From Octopus vulgaris (Eukaryota): a stretch of 64,000 nt of DNA. Shown here piece by piece: positions 28,531 to 43,509 of the stretch; the stretch's first letter is position 1; each line of letters opens with the position of its first letter. A program made the position numbers and the translations under genes. The DNA is taken from contig OX597823.1 in NCBI GenBank assembly GCA_951406725.2, positions 40,052,001 through 40,116,000 of the forward strand. The letters run 5' to 3'. Under the pieces are notes generated by a model. It did no database searches. It was not told the DNA's origin and saw only the letters and a program-made list of their open reading frames with translations.

Positions 28531-28581
<51 letters not shown>

Positions 28582-28883
28582 TACCAAACAAACATGATTT
28601 TTATTGAACTCTACTTTTTGGAATCCCGTTCTGATTACTTTCTCAAATACTTTCTTGTAAACTGTTTTTAACATTTTCTTATTATTATCAAAGAATGTAT
28701 CTCTGTTTTTTAAAACTTTTGTGATAACCAGTACTTAACACAACAAAGCTCATACAAAACTTTACATTTTACTTTTGACAATCTTTTTCTAAAAAAGTGA
28801 AACCGGTAAAGTGAATAAACATCTTTAAAATTTCATTTTCAAAACTTCTTTCATATATGAATATATATATAGATGTAATTGTA

Positions 28884-28957
<74 letters not shown>

Positions 28958-29110
28958 GATGTATATATGTATATGTATATGTATATACATGTATATATAT
29001 ATATATATGTATATATATGTACGTATATTTATATTTATATATATGTATATATATATATGTATGTAATATATATGTATATATATATGTATGTACATATATA
29101 TGTAAATCTA

Positions 29111-29200
<90 letters not shown>

Positions 29201-29456
29201 CATGCGTGTGTGTCTATGTTTGTTCCCTCACCATTGCCTAACCGATTTTGCTGTATTTACGTCCCTGTAACTTAGCCGTGTGGCAAAACACTCGGATAGA
29301 ATAAGTACTAGGCTTACAAAGAATATATCCTGGGGTTGATTTCTTCAACTAAATGCAGTGCTCCAGCATGTCCGTAGTCACATAACTGAAAGAAATAAAA
29401 CAATAAAAAAACTATGCCATTTAATCCCTAGCAACGCCTGGTATCTCTATCAGTAT

Positions 29457-29502
<46 letters not shown>

Positions 29503-30669
29503 TCACACACACACATATATATTTATATTTATACGTGGAGAAAGCTGCTTATTAATTGGGTATGTAACAATTACTAAAAGAAAGCAATTATTAAAGGCTT
29601 GACCGTCTGGAATTTTTTTCATAAATTCATGTTCCAAGAAATTTCCTGCAATTTCGATTTTTGAAGTGTATTGAATATTTGAACTACAAGTTTTTCACAA
29701 ATTTAAATGTTCCTAGCATTCACTGCGGAGTAGATTTTAATGTTTAGTATATATTATACATTTTCAACAGTCTCTCACTCTCTCTTTTGCCTCTATTTTC
29801 ATCTATGATAATTTAATATATATTCATTTCAATGTTTTCATTTCAAGTTTTAATTCGCTATTTGAAAACCCCACAGTTTATTCTATGTATGTAATGTAAC
29901 CCCCCCCCCCCAAAAAAAAAACCCACATTTATTGAATGAATGAATGCTACTAAATAAAATAGCTGTATAATTTTGGGAGCTATGATAATCTTTTCTACTC
30001 TAGGCACAAAGCTCGAAATTTTGGGGGAGGGGGCCAGTCGATTATGATAATATCAGTTTCGGGAGTTTGTTAAATGATTACTTTTGATAAAAATGAAAAC
30101 TTCTTGATATGCCGTTATAATTAAAAAAAAAATTAAGTGATTTCGTTGGTATGGTTGTTTGGAACGCTATAAGCCTTACTATGTGATTGCTTATTTCTAG
30201 CAAGCTAAACGTAGTTGGGCTACCTTAAAGTTTGTTTAGATTGGATATATATTACCACAACGATAAATTACTGAAAGAAATATTTACTAAGCAAGTGAGA
30301 TTTTTTATAAATTGAAGTTTTCAGGAAAATTTATTTTCTGAACTTCCATTTATTATTGAATATTTCGAGTTCACAAATTTAAGTATTCAGTACAAGTTAG
30401 TTTTTAACAGGTTTTTATTTATACGGTTTTTCATTTTATGTTTATTTCATTAATTGTTTGCAATGTTCTCTCTCTCTTTCCCTCTCACTCTCACTCACGC
30501 TGTCTCTCTAATATGAACACACACACACACTCAGGTTTGATTTCGTTATTATACAAACATCACATTAGAATTTTGCAATTCCACATAGAGCGTCCCAAAA
30601 ATATGCGACTAAAAATATCAATATGAAAATATTATCAAGTGGCTAGCAGAAAAGCGCACGGAGGGCGAT

Positions 30670-30710
<41 letters not shown>

Positions 30711-30728
30711 TCAAATAAGTAAACTATA

Positions 30729-30763
30729 ATATCATGAATAGCGAAAGCGAAACCGGTCGATAT
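30729..30763 (+). ncRNA. Degenerate minimal hammerhead in a ~110-bp element following (TA)n
   Basis: atatc-ATGAATA-gc(gaaa)gc-GAAAC-cg-GTC-gatat: stems I/II and palindromic ACCGGT present, two core changes. Confidence 0.5.
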
Positions 30764-30830
30764 ATTAAAAATTATATTAAAACTAAGTGTGAGTATTTTT
30801 CTTTTTTAATTTCTTATACACACACACACA

Positions 30831-30946
<116 letters not shown>

Positions 30947-31965
30947 GCGAGACCAATTTCTATTATGGTATAGTAAAGACAATTAGCCTTTTATAGGCTT
31001 AGCCTGTTAACCTGTAATGATTGGTCGCTTACGAGTTTTGAACATTGGTCGGCTTTGATGGTTTGAGTATTTCGCGAGATTTGGATCGAGGAGTCAATCA
31101 TGTAGCGCGTAATACATTCTCAAACAACTAATCAGTATCTGCTCTGGAAACTACCTTTTTTCTATAAATTCTTGTGACAAATTATCTACGAGCAGATATT
31201 GTTTTCCTGTCGTTATTTACCAGTGCAAATTAATATTCCGAAGCACATGTAACCAACGACGACCTGAGCTGAATTGTCCAAACAATGGATTAACTACAAC
31301 CACCAAACTTTGTGATGTTTCTTTCTTAATCCACTGTACTACTTTGCGAAAGAATAAAGTTTCGCTGTTATTCTTAAAGTTCGTTTCTTGTATTATTTCC
31401 ACGAGTGAATATATTGCATAATGGTATACAGGATTCAGTAGTATAAATCCAAGGGAGACTTTAGACCACTCGTTATGTGTATACATGTCGTTACACGTTC
31501 ATATCTACGTGTATACGTAGGTATAAGTATATATGAATATGAACGTGTAACACACATATATATATATAAAGTAACAAATTTGTCGGAAGATGAGCGTCGA
31601 TTAAATTGACTTTGATAGTTGACTGTCACCTTGATTTACCAATCTCAAGCAAATGGAAGACAAAATTGACCTGGTAGGATTTGAACTCAGAACTACCAAG
31701 CCTGAACAAATACTTTGAGGTATTTTGTCCGATGTTCTAACGGTGCTAACAGCCCATCGCTCTCTATATTTATCAAATAATGTCATATCATAATAATGTT
31801 TGTTTTATTTTTCAGCAGTGATAGAGAACTGTTTGCTTTTTCGACATGTCATACTACTGTTTTTGACAGACCCTTTTGTCATATTTGTAAATAGAGCCAT
31901 TCATAAACAACTTATTAATTACCTTTGCACATGTCCAATATATGTATATATATATACATACATAT

Positions 31966-32027
<62 letters not shown>

Positions 32028-32137
32028 GGGGAGAAAGAGAGAGAGATAGTGTGTGGGAAAGATAGTGTGAGATATATATATATCTAGAGAGAGAGAGAGA
32101 GAGAGAGAGAAATATACATACATATGCATATACATAC

Positions 32138-32184
<47 letters not shown>

Positions 32185-33414
32185 ATGATTCTGTTTAGGC
32201 ATAGTGATAGCAGTAACCAGTTGTTAGAACTCAGTATGCTTGTACTAAGCAGGAAATCAACAGGTCAATGCATATCAGGAAAAAATTACTCTCGTGCTAG
32301 TTCCGTTACACCTAGCAGTCCAGACTGATCCAAACTTGGAAAAAGCGGTCGCTATCCTAGGTACTATAGAGTTGTCAGCTCAAGTGGGAGGAGCCATTTG
32401 AATCAGTGGAGTAATTGACAGCGTATCTTTTTCCAGTAGATCCTATCTTTAGTGTCCAGCAAAAACATAAGAACCAGTTCTCATAACAAAGGTTAATTAA
32501 CAACAGGTTTGCACAAATAGTTGTGAACTAGGTCAACACGACATCTACGTCGTGGCGCTCCGTCGGTTACGACGACGAGGGTTTCAGTTGATCCGATCAA
32601 CAGAACAGCCTGCTCGTGAAAATAACGTACAAGTGGTTGAGCACTCCACAGACACGTGTACCCTTAACGCAGTTCTCGGAGCGATTCAGCGTGACACAGA
32701 ATGTGACAAGGCTGGTCCTTCGAAACACAGGTACAACAGAAACAGGAAGAAAGTGTGGGAGAAGGTTGTGGTGAAAGAGTACCACAGTGTTCACCACTAC
32801 CCGCTGCCGGAGCCTCGTGGAACTTAAGGTGCTTTCGGTCAATAAACACTCACAACGCACGATCTGGGAATCGAAACTGAGATCCTACGAACGCGAGTCC
32901 GCTGCCCGAACCACTGAGCCTTGGCGCCCCCACCAACACTACACTACACACACACACACACACACACACATACACACACACACATACACACACACACACT
33001 ATACATACAAATACATACATATATATATATACATATAAATATATATATATATGTATGTATATATATCTACACACACACAGATATATATATATATATATAT
33101 ATATATAGTAAAAAGTGAGATAGGGGTTATGAGTGTAACCCACTATGGGATATCAGTTATCCAATATACTGCTAGTGAAGTACCCAAAAGACAAATACAT
33201 AAATGCTTATAATTGCAATGCAATTAATTCATTTATTGTGTTAGATGGGCGAAGGTAAAATATTTTACCTCAAAATCATAATACAAATAAGAAAATGGAG
33301 GAACAGATTCCTTTCAATCATCATCTTACAGATAATACCAATTCATATTATTTATTATTGAAAGGAATCTGTTCCTCCATTTTCTCATTTTCTTATTTGT
33401 ATTATATATATATA

Positions 33415-33904
33415 CTAGCAGTATCGCCCGGCGTTGCTCGGGTTTGTAAGGGAAATAACTATATAAGCATTTTTAGAGAGTTACTTCCCTTATAGATGCC
33501 AATTCAGTCTTTCTTAGCCATTTCTGTTTTGGTGTCTTCAAGCCATGAAGTCGTTGTTCTAAAAGAACGCTGGTCTCCTTGACAACGTATTTCGACGTTG
33601 ATTTCCTTACACTCCCTTCCCCACAGCTTCACGAGGGAGGGAAGGGGGAGAAGCAAACAGGTGCAGCTGTGAGCGTGGACGTCAACTCCGCCGCCATCGA
33701 CACACGAAAAATTATGCATTAAAATGGAATAAAAAATGATGTTAAATTATTTTTAAAATCGTAGACTCATCGTTGACGCGCGCTAATACTCAGACGGGCT
33801 CGATATGAATCACGACTATAAGATACCCGAATTTGGTTAAACTGCACCGCAAAATGAGGAGTTAGGAATCTAAATCGAAGGGGACAGACACTCACACAAC
33901 TAGA

Positions 33905-33915
<11 letters not shown>
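33415..33915 (-). mobile_element. Non-autonomous Helitron sharing the 3' end of 27020-28530
   Basis: Minus strand ends CCCGAGCAACGCCGGGCGATACTGCTAG; starts TATATAAAACTCTAGTTGTGTG. Confidence 0.8.
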
Positions 33916-33959
<44 letters not shown>

Positions 33960-34249
33960 ATGAGAAAGAAACGAAGTGGGAGAGTAAGAGAGAAAGAGGA
34001 GTGAAAGGAGAAAGAGAAGCGAGCAAAGAAGAGTGGAGAAACTGAAGTAAGAGGAGAACTGAGAGATGAGGATTAAGATCTAAACTAAGTTGAAGTGCAA
34101 GAGTATACACAAAGACGTTGAAACATGCGTTCACAGCTTCCTTCCCATCTCCAGGCAATCAGACTTTCTTTTTCATAACGTCAAGTCAGTTTTGGAGAAT
34201 TTTTGTTTCTTGAGATTTTCTCTCAATCTCGTTTGGACTTGGTCCTAAT

Positions 34250-35023
34250 TGGCTCCAAGTAGAAAGACCGTCCTACGAATCTTTGAACAAACTCAAGCAT
34301 CCCTTCCAACCGAACATGCTTTAGTTTTTCTCAGGGCCGACAAAATTTCTACCGGTATGAGATGTTGAACATACAGAACAATCATTGGCTTGCTGTGTCT
34401 CCAAAACATGTACCAAGAGGGACAAAAATCAAATATCCAGCCAACATTATGGTGTTTGGAATGATTACTAGTGATGGCAGCGTTCTGCCTCCATTCATCT
34501 TCCACACGGCCTCAGACTCAACGTGGAAGCCTACATCAAGTGCCTGGAGGGGGTAATGCTGCCCCGAGTCAAGAGGGTGGCTGCTGGAAGACCGTATGTC
34601 TGGCAACAGGAATCTGAACCATACCACACAAGCAGAAGAACAAACTGATGGCTGTCAGACAATTTCTGCAACCACATCACTCGAAACATCTGGTCACTTA
34701 TCTGGCCAGACAGCAACTCTCTTGATTATTAAGTGCGAAGGTGCAGTTGAGCGAGAGACCAAAGAAACTCCTTGTAATACCAAAGATGAACTGAAGGCAA
34801 GGATTATGGCTTAAACAAAGAGACCGTCCAGGAGAGTGGCAGGAGATTCCAAAGTCGTCCGGTGACCGTCGTTGAATCCAATGGCGATTTTATTGAATAA
34901 ATTTACTCTTTAGTATTTCGGGATATTTTTATATACTTTTCGTAAATATAGCTGTTAAAATGAAATGTCGGTGTTATTTTCATTTTTGCGTAATTTTGAC
35001 GACAGTTTATTTACAGCACCCTG
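34250..35023 (+). mobile_element. Tc1/mariner (DD37D/maT-like) transposon 3' remnant
   Basis: KYPANIMVFGMITSDG, YVWQQ.S, NTKDELKARIMA; ends CAGCACCCTG-TA. Confidence 0.75.
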
Positions 35024-35278
35024 TATATATAATTATTCACATATTTGCCACTATAATTCAACTCATAACTCTTGTATACATCAACAGGATACTGTCGTAA
35101 AAATGTATACATGCATGCATACATACATACATACATACATAATACATACGTACTCAAGCATATATGCACAAACATATATGCATATACTTATACATACATA
35201 TACATTCAAATATATGCATACAACATACATATATAAACATGTATACATATATATATATATATATTTATGTACATATAT

Positions 35279-35323
<45 letters not shown>

Positions 35324-35445
35324 TATTATATATATATACACACACGCGCGCGCGAGCACACACATACATATATACGTATACAGGTACATTTACATACGTT
35401 CATTCATTCATATATTCATACCTACCTACCGACCTACCTACCTAC

Positions 35446-35476
<31 letters not shown>

Positions 35477-35746
35477 CATACATACATAGTACATACCTAC
35501 ATAATAGGCAGTTTGTGCTGGAGGTATTTGAACCATGGCGTATGTGTGTATGTGTGTGTGCGCGCGCGTGTCCGTGTGTGTGCGCGCGTTTGAGTGTGTG
35601 TGTGTATGTGTGTGTGTATGTGTGTGTGTGTGTAATTTTAGTTGAAAATGTTTAGAAATGTGGAAGGGAAATCAAGGCAGGTGTAACCATCTATCTCCAC
35701 CAACGCTATTGACCTAATTCTCATTACTACAAACACGCAACGTGTG

Positions 35747-35783
<37 letters not shown>

Positions 35784-35927
35784 CGACAGTGGTGTCTCTG
35801 TGTGGCCGCTCGTTAGACTGCTGGAAATGGCAGCCAAAACTTCTTCAAATCCTTAAAACCATCTTCAAAATATAAAGGAGAAAACGAATACATTTAATAA
35901 AGTTAGACAAGGGTATGTATATATATA

Positions 35928-36227
<300 letters not shown>

Positions 36228-36293
36228 TACATACATATATATATACATATATATTCATATACATATACATATATATATATATATTTATGTATG

Positions 36294-36327
<34 letters not shown>

Positions 36328-36416
36328 TATATTTATATATATATTATCTTTTAATGTGTCTTATATACATAAATGTATTTGCATACATACATGCATTGTA
36401 TATATATATATATATA

Positions 36417-37250
36417 AAGGGTGCGATGGCTAAATTATCGCCATCTTGTAGTTTTAATTTCGCGCATGCACATTGTTTGTCCATGATTTTGTCGGCTACA
36501 CAGTTATATAGGGTCAGTTGCGCACCGTCTGTAAGAAAAACAGTAACATGACGCAATTCAATGCCCAAAATTTGGAAACGACATGATGTACCGCTCGGCA
36601 TTCGCGCAGGAAGCTCCAATACGAACATTTCAGAGTGTTTGGGTGTCAATTGTGCCAAAAGTGATAAAAATCAAACATCCAGTCAACATCATGGTGTTTG
36701 GGGTGATCACTAATTGTGTCGAAGTTATGCCTCCATTCATCTTCCCACACGGCCTCAAACTCAACATGGAGACCTACATCAAATGCTTGGAAGAAGTACT
36801 GCTGCCCTGGGTCAAGAGGGTGGCTGTTGGAAGAACCTATGTTTGGTAACAGGACTCAGCACCATGACACACAAGCAGGAGAACCTACTCGTGGTTGTCA
36901 GACAATTTCTGCGACCGCATCACCTCTAACATTTGGCCACCTAACTCCCCAGACAGCAACTTCCTTGATTAATTTTATGTGTGGAGCGCAGTTGAGCGAG
37001 AGACCACCAAAACTCCTTGTAACACCAAAGATGAACTGAAGGCAAGGATTATAGCCACATTCACCAACTTAAACAAGGAGACCGTCCAGAAGAGTTGCAG
37101 GATATTCCGAAGTCATCGGGAGTCCGTGATGGAATCCAATGGCGATTTTATTGAATAAATCTACTCTTTAGTATTTCAAGATATTTTTATGTAACTTAAG
37201 TAAATATATCTGTTAAAATGAGATGTTAGTGTTATTTTCATTTTTGCGTA
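36417..37250 (+). mobile_element. Internally deleted Tc1/mariner (DD37D-like) element, same family as 34250-35023
   Basis: AGGGTGCGATGGCTAAAT 5' end; KHPVNIMVFGVIT, QDSAP, WPPNSPD; N-terminus joined directly to catalytic region. Confidence 0.8.
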
Positions 37251-37253
37251 ATA

Positions 37254-37288
<35 letters not shown>

Positions 37289-37429
37289 TGTATGTATGTA
37301 TGTATGTATGTATGTATGTATGTATGCATGTATGCATGTATGCATGTATGTATGCATGTATGTATGTATGTATGTATGTATGTATGTATTTATGTATGTA
37401 TTTATGTATGTATGTATGTATGTATGTCG

Positions 37430-37691
37430 TTAGACGACATATGATGATTCGACAATTGCTTATCGAACAACCACACAGATGATTTGTTTGCAGTGATCAA
37501 ATATTTGTGTAGACATAAGCTCACTACCCCCATCAGATCGACATTACCTGTACAGGTTACAATGGGTGCCATATGTCAGATGTCGAAATGGTCGCAGAGC
37601 AGCGTGAAATGAAGTGCTTTGCTCAAGAACACAACGCAACGCCCGGTCTTGGAATCGAACCTATGATCTCGCAACACCTTAACCATTAAGC

Positions 37692-37695
<4 letters not shown>
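37430..37695 (-). mobile_element. tRNA-head SINE related to 49703-50036
   Basis: GGTTCGATTCC B-box and TGTGTTCTTGAGCAAAGCACTT core-like block. Confidence 0.65.
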
Positions 37696-37766
<71 letters not shown>

Positions 37767-37940
37767 TTCTCACAGAAATTCCAACTTTGATTTTCACGTT
37801 TTATTTACAATCTTATAATAATATAAACATAATATAATATAATATAATATAATATAATATAACATAATATAATATAATATAATATAATATAATATAATAT
37901 AATATAATGAAATGAGAGAATATTAAAAGTCTATTCTAAT

Positions 37941-37985
37941 TGAACTAGTACTTTCATGCATTAAACTATGCAATCTTCAGGTTCA
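37941..37985 (-). ncRNA. Minimal type-I hammerhead ribozyme (H6)
   Basis: tgaac-CTGAAGA-t-tgcat(agttta)atgca-t-GAAAG-ta-CTA-gttca; palindromic AGTACT stem III. Confidence 0.8.
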
Positions 37986-38062
37986 TTTAACAGTGGTGAC
38001 GGTTATGTTTTACAGTTTACAACAGTTGTAAATTGTAAAACATTACTGCTACCAATACTAAA

Positions 38063-38107
38063 TGGACCTGAAGATTGCATAGTTTTATGCATGAAAGTAC
38101 TAGCTCA
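38063..38107 (+). ncRNA. Minimal type-I hammerhead ribozyme (H6, stem I mismatched)
   Basis: tggac-CTGAAGA-ttgcatagttttatgcat-GAAAGTACTA-gctca. Confidence 0.7.
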
Positions 38108-38270
38108 ATCAGAATGGATATTTAATATTCTATCATTTCATTATATTACATTATTTTATATTATTATAAGATTGTAAATAAAACGTGGAAATCAAAGTTG
38201 GAATTTCTTTGTGTAATATATTCCTCTATACACAATCATACACACCCGTGTGTATGTATGTGTATACATA

Positions 38271-38317
<47 letters not shown>

Positions 38318-39023
38318 AGAATTCACGAAAAAAACAAAAGACGAAGACAGGTGGTGTAGAAAACAAACAGATGTATTAGTAGTATAACGCTCGGGAATTG
38401 AAAAAGTCTTTAACGTTTCGAGCCTATGCTCTTGCACAGAAAGGAACACAGAAAGAAACAAGGAGAGAAAAAATGTGTGTAGTGGCTACCGATCTATCAT
38501 GGCAATATATAACTTCTTATCTTATTATAATGAGCGTTATGTCCGTCTGTCTGTCTGTACCCTCTTCACGGTCGAACGGCTGGACCAATGGTCACGATAT
38601 TTTTCGGGATTACGAAGGAAGTTATCAGGAAGATCTAAAAGAAAAATGTGAAAATCTATAATTATTTAGTGGAGATTGAGTTTTGTATTAATGAACCATC
38701 TTTGATTCTTTTCTGTTGTTGTTAAAAATCCGGTGACGAGGATTAACTTCGGATTCCTCCGCCACCCCCGTATACTTCGTGAATTTAGAGAGTTTAGATT
38801 TGCGATACTATCCCTTTATTTCCCATAGTAAACGGGCAGATTCCTAAAGATTCCGCTTGCGCATTAACAATAAATAAGGCTCAGGGCTAGACTTTAGATC
38901 GTGTAGGTGTGTTTTTACCTACTCCGATTTTTACACACGGCCAGTTATACGTTGCAATGAGTAGAGCAACAGACTCCGGTAGTTTAAATAAGGAAATCTG
39001 TGAACTTTGAGTATATAAGAGTA

Positions 39024-40940
39024 CCGGAGGTTTCCGAAAATCCGCGCGGGGCTGTTAAATGGAAAATTCTTTTTTACAAAACTATTTTTTGGCTTAAATA
39101 ACCGCCCACCTAAGATAAGCGCACATGGGTGGTAATATGGAAGTAAAATATTTCACCTAGGAAAAACAAAGATATTTTCGAAAACCATATTTATTTTATA
39201 CAATTCCATTTGAACTTCTGTTGTTTCAGTTATCAGATATATAAACATAAAGAAACTGAAACAGACTGAACAGAAGTAACATATTAAAATATATTCTGGA
39301 GTTAACAGTGCATCTATTGAAAATTAAACTGTTTGAAAACTTGTATGAACAAATAATGTCCTTGGGCATTTATGATAGAATAATAACCGAATTGTTTCAA
39401 GTTAAATATCAGGAATTCCTTCATTTGTTGCTTGGCCATAATTCACATCAGAGCAAATTTAATTTACTTGTATCTCATCCTCTTCAATTTTGTCATTATG
39501 TGCATCTGGTGCATTTACCTCAAGGCCAGACAAAACATCCTGTAAGAGTTTGTTTAAGAGGCTATGTTTTACAGTCTGTCCACGAGGAGGAATTCCACAA
39601 CATTCAAAAGCACGCTTTATAGTTTCTTTATTTAAAGTGGCAACAGCTCGGGTCACAAAGTTCACTATCTCTTGATAAGAAAGTTTTTTGCGATATCCTT
39701 TATTTGCATACTTCTTTTTTGCCATTTGAAATCCAATTCTCCCATTCAGCACGAAGGGTTTTCTTTAAAGGACCAACAATTGATACATCTAACGGCTGCA
39801 ATTAAGATGTTATTTCAGGAGGTATAAGTTTGAGAATTGTATTCCTACGTTTGAACACTTCTAGGAGCTGTTTTCTTGTGCACTGAGTATTCATCCATGA
39901 ATAGCACTGAATCTTGAGCATGGAATAGTTGTGCCGTTCTCCGCCAAACACTTTGTCATCATAAGGCTGCATGAGTTCCTATGTGATTGATAGCCCGTTG
40001 GAAACTGTTAAGTAAATATTCTTTGGGACCTTGATTTTAGGCACGTTTTTCAATCCTTTAAGGATAATCATTGTTTTCAACACCTTTCCTGCAGCATTAA
40101 CACGCAACACAGCAGTAAAACGAGCTTTGGTAGCACCACAGTGACTAGCATCTACATTTTTATTGCCAACAAAGTCTATGGTTGTTGAACTCAACATGTC
40201 AACGTATACAGGTGTTTCATCTCTATTATAAATCTGGTCAGCATCCCTATCTGCTGTTAATACTGGAATGCTATCTAGATAGTCACTGGCGATCTGTGCC
40301 TTTTCTCCAAGTGTTTTATTGTCTGCTGGACCAACATGTGTAATCTTTCTCACAGTCAGTTTATTCCGTTTCATGAAACTGAAAATCCATTTATCAGAAC
40401 ATCTAAAGCTGTTCATTTCAATTCCAAACCTTTTTACTAATTCAAAAGTATATTCCCGTAAACGGCGATAATTTACAATTATATTGTTTGCACGCTGAAC
40501 AACAATCTACTGTATGAGTTCAACCTCTAGATCTCTATGTGCTGGTCCTCTACCTCCACCAATTGATCTGCGCCTCCTCTTCTCTGACATGGATTAACTC
40601 AGTTTCTTTTGTGCACCATCCTCTTAATCGTTTTCTATCAATATCTATCTCTTGACGTAGCAAATAAATTGCCAGAATGTTCTTTCACTCGTTTAATAGC
40701 ACTCAATATTTCACTAATGGTATATGATCGTTGAACACGTTTTGATATGTTTTATTTCGACTCCATTATTGGGAATAGAAATCCTTTGAATTTATCTACA
40801 GATGTAGAGCAAATGAACGTCTAAACAGAATGCAAACAAGAACACAAACTCTGTTTCAACTTTTGACATCAAATAACTGCGCATCCAAATAAGCGGCCAT
40901 GGGCGATCTAATGGATGGGCGGATTTTCGGAAAACTCCGG
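39024..40940 (-). mobile_element. Full-length pogo/Tigger-family DNA transposon, transposase pseudogenised
   Basis: TIRs CCGGAG(G/T)TTTCCGAAAATCCGC at both ends with TA TSD; FRCSDKWIFSFMKR (CENP-B HTH), IYNRDETP, RFTAVL, LQPLDVSI, IKRAFECCGI. Confidence 0.92.
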
Positions 40941-41321
40941 TATAAACAACCGTAAAATAGTGTAAACAACTAAAATTAAAGTATATCTAAATAAAATTTT
41001 TTTCTTAATACGTTTTATGTAGTGGTCGAAGGAAGGTCTGGCTTTCGTTAGAAGAGGTCTACATGATCATTCATGATACAGAGGCTGGGAGCCGATTTTA
41101 GTTTGGGAGTGAATCGTCATCACATGTCCTTTAGTCGCAAACACATGTCATATAGTTGCAATAAAATGTTGTATCACCAAAAATAGTGTGATTTCTCTAA
41201 GACATCACTCAGTAATCTATCAAGTTCTTTTGACACGTTTCTCAATACGTACTGCTGTTATGACTTCCCTCATTTTATGCCTCCATCGTAGATGGGTAGA
41301 TTCGCTAATATATATATATAT

Positions 41322-41435
41322 ATCACGTGACCGACCAGACCATCAGATGTTGCTACACATCGCTGGTCACAATGCCTTCGCATTGTTTTAGCCTTCAAAT
41401 GACGCCACCCCGCTGGCTAAGCGATCAGGCCAATA
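41322..41435 (-). mobile_element. Short retroposon 3' end with CACGTGAT tail in (TA)n (second copy 60151-60272 +)
   Basis: Two homologous copies in opposite orientation, both flanked by (TA)n. Confidence 0.6.
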
Positions 41436-41626
41436 TATATAGGAGGCTCCTAGTAATAACAGTGTAGCGCAAAACGGCGGTGCATCAGCATGGCCGCAGC
41501 TCTGAGCTGAAACTTAAATATATGTGGCACTTGATGAAGAATGGAGTTTGATATAGCTACCCTCATTTGCACCTCTTGCCGTGAGGTAGGCTCATCTGGG
41601 ACTCTCGACAGGAAGAGGTTCAGCTT

Positions 41627-41689
<63 letters not shown>

Positions 41690-41711
41690 CATACATACAT
41701 ACATACATACA

Positions 41712-41745
<34 letters not shown>

Positions 41746-41819
41746 CATATGTATATATATATAAATACATTTATATATATATGTATGTATAATGTATATG
41801 CATATATATATATATATTT

Positions 41820-42250
41820 ATAAATGAGGGTGAAAAATTTGATATTAATTTAATAATATCATCAATTTAACACCAAGTGGCTTAGCACATAAAAACCAGG
41901 GATACAATACAAATTTATACATAAATATGAGAGAGCGACTACTATGTGGTCTACTCTAGTGCTAAAAAATAGATCCACTATGGTATAGCCACTAAAAAGT
42001 TTTTTCCAAGGAGAAATAACATAACATTTAACGTGGAGCAAGTGAAAAATAACGAAAAAATAGATTAACCCTGAACAATTGTTTCATTATTAATGTAAAT
42101 GCAATTTTACTTACACAATATCCATAAATCATCAGCAGGAGTTTGTCTTAAATACAATTTATTAAATCACTCGTAATATTTCTACGCAGCGCCAAAATAC
42201 AAAAGCAGCAAATCGAAAATTCATAGCTAGTTCTTCATCAGTCAACGTTC
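41820..42250 (-). mobile_element. PLE-terminus-like element H7 (short inverted derivative at 62770-62880)
   Basis: Shares TAAATGAGGGTGAAAAATT end with 62770; contains a hammerhead; abuts TA-rich repeat. Confidence 0.6.
42070..42139 (-). ncRNA. Type-I hammerhead ribozyme with extended stem II (H7)
   Basis: cctg-CTGATGA-[ttat..tgtaagt/atttaca..ataa]-GAAAC-aatt-GTT-cagg. Confidence 0.7.
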
Positions 42251-42844
42251 AAAAGATCATAACAATTTCGCACCTTATGCATCTATACATACATACATGT
42301 ATGTATGTATGTATGTATGTATGTATGTATGTATGTATGTATGTATGTATGGACATATATACATACATGTATATACACGCATACATATGTATATTGTTAG
42401 ATAAATTCGTTCGTTTGTTTCTACTTGCTACATACGCGTACACGCTCGCGCCCACAGGAACACAGAAAACACCCTCCCCCACAGAAACAGGTGCTTATAG
42501 TTGGGAACACGTTTGATCATAGACTGTTTCGTCCAGGTTCGATTTGGAGCTAAAGCAGAACATATAAATCACCTACATATAGACACTATTACGTACTTTA
42601 CTACCTACCTGCCTATGTACATAGTCATACACATACATACATACATACATACATACATACATACATACATACATACATACATACATACACACACATACAT
42701 ACACACACATACATACGTACATATATACTTACATCCACAGGTACACATTTATTCAGATATTTATCTATTTATACATGTGTGTGTCCGTGTATGTGTACAC
42801 ACACACACCCACACACACATATTACAGGGTGGTAATAACATTGC

Positions 42845-42892
<48 letters not shown>

Positions 42893-42921
42893 ATATATAC
42901 ACACACATACACACACATACA

Positions 42922-43024
<103 letters not shown>

Positions 43025-43389
43025 AGTATCCGTTCACCTGACGCGTGCTCACAGACATGCTAGATAGTCATTTCTCATCCATTTCAATAATTAAACAATT
43101 TTCAGCCTGCAGCCAACTACACTATAGTTACCTCTAATCGCTTCAACGCCATTTCTTTCTCCCCTCCTCCTTCTTCTACTCCTCTCCCTCCTTCTCCCGC
43201 TCCCTTACTTTCACTTTCGCATTGTTCTCCTCACTCACAGCATAGCTGCAATGACGCAGACCAGTGGACAATTCGCTTACATTGCCTTAACTTCTGATTG
43301 TTCAATCAACCATGCTTATTGTTCAGTTTAACAAGGAACATTGTCATATGCAGGGATTGACAATAGCTAATACATATCTCGTATATAAC

Positions 43390-43447
<58 letters not shown>

Positions 43448-43509
43448 GCCCTGATGCAGTATCAGGACTGGTTCTCATGGCTTTTGATCTTAACTGACTG
43501 GAAGTGAAG

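Larger units (their letters stand above)
37768..38215. mobile_element. Spacerless fold-back element with a hammerhead in each arm (family H6)
   Basis: Palindrome centred at 38024 (..TTTACAAC A GTTGTAAA..); arms roughly 85-90% identical by eye; (AATAT)n expansion in the left arm. Confidence 0.8.

Noticed and set aside
38515-41310. Helitron-like host of the pogo insertion
   Set aside because: The 5' end (TCTTATTATAA..GTCTGTCTGT..AACGGCTGGACC) is suggestive, but no clear hairpin-CTAG 3' end was found.
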